Origin: Candidatus Eiseniibacteriota bacterium
Lineage (GTDB): Bacteria > Eisenbacteria > RBG-16-71-46
NCBI GenBank assembly: GCA_031366795.1
Contig: JANLOX010000344.1
Span: 1-42,080 of the forward strand
Length of the DNA: 42,080 nt
Direction of reading: 5' to 3'
This document shows positions 37,033 to 42,080 of the stretch, in pieces; position 1 is the first letter of the stretch; every line of letters starts with the position of its first letter. A program made the position numbers and the translations under genes. A model generated the notes under the pieces. It saw nothing but the letters and a program-made list of their open reading frames with translations, made no database searches and was not told the origin of the DNA.

Positions 37033-37578
37033 ATGAGACATTCGATGATCATGATCGTCGCGGCGACCTTGGCTGTGACAGCAATCAACGCAGACGCTTA
37101 TACGTTGCGTGGTTACATCATGGCGACCGGCGGCACGCCCGCGACAGGAATCACCGGCGCCGGGCGGGTCATGTATGGCACCATCGGCCAATCGGTGGTC
37201 GGTGTGAGCAGCGCCGCGCGTACCGTCTGCGATGGGTTTTGGTGTTTCGGCGGCGTGCGCGTCTTGGCGGTCGAGCCGCTGGGAACCCTGGGGCTGCCCA
37301 CGAAGGTGTCGTTCAGCGCGCCGCGACCGAATCCTGCGCACGACCAAGTCGGCTTCGAATTGGCCCTGCCCGGCGAGGCCAATGTGCTTCTGGCCATCTT
37401 CGATCTTCAAGGGCGACATGTGCTCACCATGCTCGACAGCCGGCTGCAGGGTGGCCATTACCGTGTGCAGTGGGATGGCTTGGACGGAGGCGGTGCCGGC
37501 GGCGCGGGAATCTATTTTGCGCGCCTCCTGATCGACGGACGGCCAGTGGGCACTCAGCGTATCGTGATGCTCCGGTAG
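37033..37578 (+). CDS. Small secreted GTIGQ...GFW-motif protein with FlgD-like C-terminal domain
   Basis: Signal peptide ending ADA, then ATGG...MYGTIGQSVVG...DGFW, then RPNP...IFDLQGR...WDG...GIYFARL. Confidence 0.8.
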   Translation: MRHSMIMIVAATLAVTAINADAYTLRGYIMATGGTPATGITGAGRVMYGTIGQSVVGVSSAARTVCDGFWCFGGVRVLAVEPLGTLGLPTKVSFSAPRPNPAHDQVGFELALPGEANVLLAIFDLQGRHVLTMLDSRLQGGHYRVQWDGLDGGGAGGAGIYFARLLIDGRPVGTQRIVMLR

Positions 37579-37702
37579 CAAGTTTACGGTCAGTAATCCC
37601 CGGCTCGCTCCGGGAAAATCGAAACATGCACCATGAAGGCTGGGCTCAAGTGCGTCGACGACTCGATTTAGACCAGCGATTGGGCGTCGCGCCGCATCGC
37701 GA

Positions 37703-37777
37703 ACGGCGGCGGGATCGCCCGAGCAGCAGGGCCGCGCTTATGCCGGCCGGTCCGCCCCCGATGGTGATGACGTCATA
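37703..37777 (-). pseudogene. 25-codon remnant of a thioredoxin-reductase-like FAD-dependent oxidoreductase N-terminus
   Basis: Translates as YDVITIGGGPAGISAALLLGRSRRR (Rossmann GxGxxG). Not in the ORF track, and no continuation. Confidence 0.7.
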
Positions 37778-37804
37778 CTCTCGCCCTGAATCCGTCGGCG
37801 CCCG

Positions 37805-38167
37805 CTAATTGGTGATCGCAGCGCTCATCTCGTGACAGCTTTTGGAGCATTGGCGGCATGCGTGAGCCACCTGGCGCATTTTCGAATCGTCCCCGAACTG
37901 TTCGCACGCCTTCGCGCAGGCATCGCATACATCGGCGCAGATTCCACAAACCTGAGTGTGGTGTTCCGAGCCGCGCACCATGAAATCGGATGCCGTGGCG
38001 CAGATCCGCGCGCAGTCCAAGAGCAACGAGATGTGTGCCGATGTCGCGTGGCGCCCGCCGAGGTCAACGCAGTGAGGCACCGATGACGAGCAGGCGTCCT
38101 CGCACGACCGGCACGAGTCGATACAGGCCTTCATCTTCGGGTCGTTCTTAGACATCTCGTGGTTCAT
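37805..38167 (-). CDS. Cys-rich four-helix-bundle copper storage protein (Csp3/DUF326 type)
   Basis: CIDSCRSCEDAC, LLDCARICATA, CGICADVCDACAKAC, CRQCSKSC. No signal peptide. AAGGAG RBS. Confidence 0.9.
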   Translation of the reverse strand: MNHEMSKNDPKMKACIDSCRSCEDACSSSVPHCVDLGGRHATSAHISLLLDCARICATASDFMVRGSEHHTQVCGICADVCDACAKACEQFGDDSKMRQVAHACRQCSKSCHEMSAAITN

Positions 38168-38280
38168 GGCTCGGGTCTCCTTGAGGTTCAATCGGGGGTG
38201 GGCATCGCAGACTTGCGTGCAACAAAGCGCTTGCTGACCTGTGTCACCGTCGCATCCACGCACGTCAGCATGCACGGGGC

Positions 38281-38296
38281 TGCCAGTTTCGTGCCA
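38281..38296 (-). promoter_or_regulatory. Candidate sigma-54 (-24/-12) promoter for the copper storage gene
   Basis: TGGCACG-AAAC-TGGCA versus consensus TGGCACG-N4-TTGC: correct GG-N10-GC spacing with one mismatch. About 115 nt upstream of the ATG. Confidence 0.4.
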
Positions 38297-38469
38297 CAGC
38301 CACGAGCTGAGTAAAAGGCGCTAACCTCATGCGGCTGTTCAAGCCAGTGCTCGTTCCTCACAAACTGGCGAGGGCGTAGGAGCAATTCCCTGATCCCGGA
38401 CGGAAAAACCTACATTCCCTTGCGGGCAGCCTGGCGGGGGAGTCAGGGCACAGACGGCGCTGGTACGGC

Positions 38470-39918
38470 TCACCTGCCGAGACTGACGATCCGACTCGTC
38501 CAGAATCTCGATCCCATGTTGAACCTCAGGAAGTAGACTCCGGCGGCCAGCCGTTTTCCGCTGTCACTTCGCCCATCCCACTCAAAGTCGTGCCAGCCAA
38601 CCCCCGGGGTCATGGGGCGTTCGATCACCCGCCGGCCGCTCAAGTCATGGATCGAGAGCGCCACGCGTCCGCTCTGGGGCTGGAACCAGCGGAATTGAAC
38701 GCTCGTCGTGAATGGATTTGGACTCACCGATCCGATGAACTCCGTCGATGGACGCTGCGGCGGGACGCTCACGGTCACGGAATCCTTGACGCTTATGACG
38801 ATGGACTTCGAAGGAATGCCATCGACGAGCGCAAACAGCATGTAGTGGCCAGCCGGCGCGAAGTTGACGTTCGCCGGAATTGTCGCCGTCACGGTCTGGC
38901 CCTGCTGAATGAACGTGAGCGGCACGATGAGCGGCAGGCCGCCGTCGACCCAGTGCGTCACGGCGCCGGTGCCGACGAGGACGACATCCGTCAGGGCATT
39001 CGTTCGGCTGATGGAGAGGGTGATGTTGCTTCCATGCGGCAAACTTGTGGCCGAGACCGCCTCGATGCGCGGACGGATTCCGAGGAAGAGGTAGGGTGGT
39101 TCGAATGCCTCGATATCGTTGCTGACCCCAGGACTTGCCGGGCCACCTGTACCCGCGGTCGTGATTACCCGCCCGTCGGGAACCAGCAAGGTCGTTGCGT
39201 GGTACTCGCGATACCAGGCCATATCAGCGCACCGGTGCCATATATTCGTTGCGGGATCGTAGAACTCGATCATGCTCGGCGACGTGAGCGTGCCGCGATA
39301 GATCCCCACCGCGCAGGCACGGCCATCGGAGAGCCGAAACAACGAATGGTCACAGTGTCCCGGCCAGAAGCGATTGGCCTGGACCATCGGCCCTGTATCG
39401 TCCCAGCGATCCAGCGCAGGGTCGTAGAGCTGCGGCGGCCACCAACTGCGCAAGACTTTACCCGTATGCAATAATACCGCGGGCGTGTATTCGGCCGGGT
39501 TGGACATCGAGGCAGCGACGGTCCAGGTGCGATTGCGCGAGTCGAATATTTCACAGGTTTCAGTGCGCTGCGCGTTGGGGCGTTGGCCTCCGCCCATCAC
39601 CAGGAAGCGTCCATCGCCCAGACGCACCATGCCCGGATACCACCGTTGCTCATTCAGCTGCGGCAGCACCTCCCACGTGCCGTTCGAGGGATCGAAAGCC
39701 TTCACCATACGAGTCGCATCGCGGAAATCCCCCGTATCCTGTCCGCCAATAAACAGCAGACGCCCGTCCGCCATCAGGGTGGGGATGTGGCAACCCTGAA
39801 TGGAGTTGGAGCCCGGCGGGAATGACTTGGTGCCGCTGACGGGATCGAACAGCACCGGATCGATGGTGCCGGCAGCGCCCCTTCTGATGTTATCTTCAAG
39901 CCAGCTCTGGCGATACAC
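38470..39918 (-). CDS. Galactose-oxidase-like copper radical oxidase (kelch + DUF1929-like Ig + FlgD-like C-terminal domain), probably N-terminally truncated
   Basis: QGCH, RWYP, REYHA, FEPPYL, VTHW, GHYMLF...GIPS, and C-terminal SPNPF...WDGR...GVYFLR. No signal peptide. Confidence 0.8.
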   Translation of the reverse strand: MYRQSWLEDNIRRGAAGTIDPVLFDPVSGTKSFPPGSNSIQGCHIPTLMADGRLLFIGGQDTGDFRDATRMVKAFDPSNGTWEVLPQLNEQRWYPGMVRLGDGRFLVMGGGQRPNAQRTETCEIFDSRNRTWTVAASMSNPAEYTPAVLLHTGKVLRSWWPPQLYDPALDRWDDTGPMVQANRFWPGHCDHSLFRLSDGRACAVGIYRGTLTSPSMIEFYDPATNIWHRCADMAWYREYHATTLLVPDGRVITTAGTGGPASPGVSNDIEAFEPPYLFLGIRPRIEAVSATSLPHGSNITLSISRTNALTDVVLVGTGAVTHWVDGGLPLIVPLTFIQQGQTVTATIPANVNFAPAGHYMLFALVDGIPSKSIVISVKDSVTVSVPPQRPSTEFIGSVSPNPFTTSVQFRWFQPQSGRVALSIHDLSGRRVIERPMTPGVGWHDFEWDGRSDSGKRLAAGVYFLRFNMGSRFWTSRIVSLGR

Positions 39919-39947
39919 TCACCGAGCAATCCCGAAAGGCGCTGCCC

Positions 39948-40877
39948 ATGACTGCTCGAGATCTCTGGAACCATGCCGCGTCCGCTGGGCTCGTGGCAGT
40001 GGTCGTGATGACAGGGCTGACCACGTCCTGCGCGAAGCAGAAGCTCACGGCCCAAGTGTACTGTGGGCCCGATGGCCAATTGACCGGGACGGCTTCCATC
40101 CAGAGCCACCGCAGCTACTGCGTCCGTGCCTTGACGCCGGTCCAGGGCTGGCGCCCCGGCGTTCCCACCGACTTTGCGTTCGATATCGTCGACGATCGCG
40201 GAGCGACGTTGCGAGAGTTCAAGACGGTGCACGAGAAGATCCTGCATTTCATTGTCGTCCGCCACGACCTCACGCAGTTCCAACATGTGCACCCCGTGTT
40301 CTCTGCCGCGGACGGACGTTTCACCGTGCGGGGACTAGTGTTGCCGAGTGCCGGGCCCTACCGGTTTTTCGCCGACTTCGCGCCGGCCGGCGGCATGGCT
40401 GCCCCGGATGGAATGGCGATGTCCGTGACCGTGCCGATCGACCACACGGTCGGCGAACAGGCGAGCTACCAACCGCAGAGCCTGGCCCAACCCGCGGATT
40501 CCGCGATTGCTGGCGATTATGAAGTGCGGCTCACGCATCCCGATACGCTCGAGGCGGGGGTGGAGTCGCGTCTCACGTTTGTGATTCGTCGCGCCGGTGC
40601 GGTGGTGAGCGATCTCGAACCGTATCTGGGAGCCCATGGCCACGCCGTGGTCTTGCGCGAGGGAGACCTGGCGTTCATTCATAGCCACGCGGTCGAGGAC
40701 TCGGCTGCGATTAGGGCCGGCCAGATTCCGTTCATGGTTGATTTCGCGGAGCCCGGTCGTTACCGCATGTTCGTTCAGTTCCAGCATCGCGGGGCCGTGC
40801 AGACGGTAGCGTTTACGCTGCCTGCGGTGGCCGACGCCGCGTCCCATATGGGCACCGGGGCGCACACGGGCCACTAA
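39948..40877 (+). CDS. Secreted or lipid-anchored His-rich heavy-metal-binding protein
   Basis: HEKILHFIVVRHDLTQFQHVHP, LEPYLGAHGH, FIHSH, GRYRMFVQF. Imperfect lipobox LTTSC. Confidence 0.75.
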   Translation: MTARDLWNHAASAGLVAVVVMTGLTTSCAKQKLTAQVYCGPDGQLTGTASIQSHRSYCVRALTPVQGWRPGVPTDFAFDIVDDRGATLREFKTVHEKILHFIVVRHDLTQFQHVHPVFSAADGRFTVRGLVLPSAGPYRFFADFAPAGGMAAPDGMAMSVTVPIDHTVGEQASYQPQSLAQPADSAIAGDYEVRLTHPDTLEAGVESRLTFVIRRAGAVVSDLEPYLGAHGHAVVLREGDLAFIHSHAVEDSAAIRAGQIPFMVDFAEPGRYRMFVQFQHRGAVQTVAFTLPAVADAASHMGTGAHTGH

Positions 40878-41241
40878 AAGCGCCGTTAGTCTTCACGACC
40901 CAACGCGGGCGCAGCCCGCCCGCTCGCCCGCCATGCGGCCCAGAAGGCGCCAGCGGCCGGGCTCACGAACATCAGCGCGCGCTCCCGTGGCAACCCCGGC
41001 ATCAAGCGCGCGTCCGAGCGCGCCGCGCCCCATAGGGACCTGACCAGACGATGGCACGATTGCGCCGTGGCAACCAAGGCTCGGTCATGATTATCGACGA
41101 AGGGTGTCGATGTTGGGATGAATTGACAATCCAAGGTGGGAGCGATCGCCAGTGAATGTTAGGAGTGTTGCCAAAGACTTTCCCGTCGTCTGTGTCGGCG
41201 ATTCGGCCGGCGGGACAGTGGACGTACAGCCATATACCGTG

Positions 41242-41463
41242 ATGTTGGCGGATCCCCAGGTGGGGCGATTCTTCATGGACGGGCGGCCTCTCGCGCGCAG
41301 CGAGGCATGGCGGCAGATGGCCATGTCCAGCGGGCATTGGGTCCTGCGCGGTTATGGGCTATGGGCAGTCGAGGAGCGCGCGACAGGTCGTTTCATTGGA
41401 CGCATCGGGTGTCTCGAGTCGGAAGGCGTTCCAGCGTTCGAGATCGCCTGCCTCGTCGCGTAA
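41242..41463 (+). pseudogene. Fragment of a RimJ/RimL-type GNAT acetyltransferase
   Basis: MLADPQVGRF...EAWRQMA...GHWVLRGYGLWAVEERATGRFIGRIG...EIA, then a stop before the acetyl-CoA-binding motif. Confidence 0.7.
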
Positions 41464-41470
41464 TCAGCAC

Positions 41471-41974
41471 ATGACGATCACCCTGCGCGATGTGACCGAC
41501 GCCGACCTGCCGATCTTCTTCGGGCTGCAACGCGACTTCACCTACAACCACATGGCCGCGTTCACCCAAAAGGACCCGGACGACCGCGTCGCGTTCGACG
41601 CTCACAGGAAGAAGATCCGCTCCAACCCGGAGCTCGCGAACCGGGCGATCCTCTTCGAGGGGCAGGTCGCCGGACACATCGCGAGCTTCGTGATCGACGG
41701 AAACCGCGAGATTACCCACAGGATCGCCCGGCACCTCTGGGGCCGCGGCCTCGCGACGGAGGCGCTCCGCGCGTTTCTCGCGGTCGACACGGAGCGCCCG
41801 CTCCACCCACGCGCGGCGACGGACAACGTCGGCTCGCTCCGCGTCCTCGCAAAGTGTGGCTTCGAGGTCACCGGCGAGGACATCGGCTTCGCGAACGCGC
41901 GCGGCCAGGAGATCGAAGAGTTCGTCCTCCGGCTCTCCCGATCAGGACGCCGCGCAGAGGAAGTGGAGTCGTAG
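41471..41974 (+). CDS. RimJ/RimL-type GNAT acetyltransferase
   Basis: ITLRDV, HLWGRGLATEAL, DNVGSLRVLAKCGF. ATG 41471. Confidence 0.88.
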   Translation: MTITLRDVTDADLPIFFGLQRDFTYNHMAAFTQKDPDDRVAFDAHRKKIRSNPELANRAILFEGQVAGHIASFVIDGNREITHRIARHLWGRGLATEALRAFLAVDTERPLHPRAATDNVGSLRVLAKCGFEVTGEDIGFANARGQEIEEFVLRLSRSGRRAEEVES

Positions 41975-41987
41975 CCGCTCGGGAAAA

Positions 41988-42032
41988 TGGTGCGCCGCCT
42001 TGGAATCGAACGAAGAACCTACTGATTATGAG
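41988..42032 (-). mobile_element. 3' half of a CAT-anticodon tRNA (Met/Ile2); probable att site
   Basis: The minus strand reads CTCATAA TCAGT AGGTT CTTCG TTCGATT CCAAG GCGGCGC A CCA. The 5' anticodon-stem strand (ACTGA) and D-arm are missing, and there is one T-stem mismatch. Confidence 0.8.
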
Positions 42033-42080
42033 ACAACAACCGCCGCCAGCACGAAGCGATTGTCGCGCAATGTATTGCAA

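Noticed and set aside
40886..41240. Short ORFs between the His-rich gene and the GNAT fragment
   Set aside because: No recognisable motif, RBS or consistent frame; possibly debris.
41988..42060. Complete tRNA-Met/Ile2 gene
   Set aside because: No 5' anticodon-stem strand, D-arm or acceptor 5' strand can be formed from 42033-42060.

Overview
High-GC bacterial window. The gene content suggests an FCB-related or candidate lineage such as Ca. Eisenbacteria; this is inference, mainly from seven ORFs ending in a FlgD-Ig/T9SS-like C-terminal domain and from Hanks kinase-TolB/TPR fusions. Left part: two gene remnants, a di-heme CcP/MauG-family protein with a monoheme cytochrome c lipoprotein, clpB, and a GAF-GGEEF diguanylate cyclase. 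The cyclase is divergent from a PTS EIIA gene followed by three translationally coupled membrane proteins resembling HyfE/NuoK, NuoL and NuoN, which appear to have lost nearly all canonical proton-pumping residues. This triad is the top candidate for an undescribed system. Middle part: a frameshifted FG-GAP gene, a two-component locus wrapped around an orphan pilin-like secreted protein, two head-to-head M43 metalloproteases, an FG-GAP protein and two Ser/Thr kinases with leaderless-type promoters. Right part: an accessory patchwork of a nucleotidyltransferase TA-like pair, an AAA/DUF4143 ATPase, two SEC-C proteins, a fibre-like gene with a GTIGQ/GFW partner, a copper cluster, GNATs and many truncated genes. 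It ends in a 3' half of a CAT-anticodon tRNA that looks like the att site of an element lying beyond the right edge. All family assignments come from motif recognition by eye; no searches were run.
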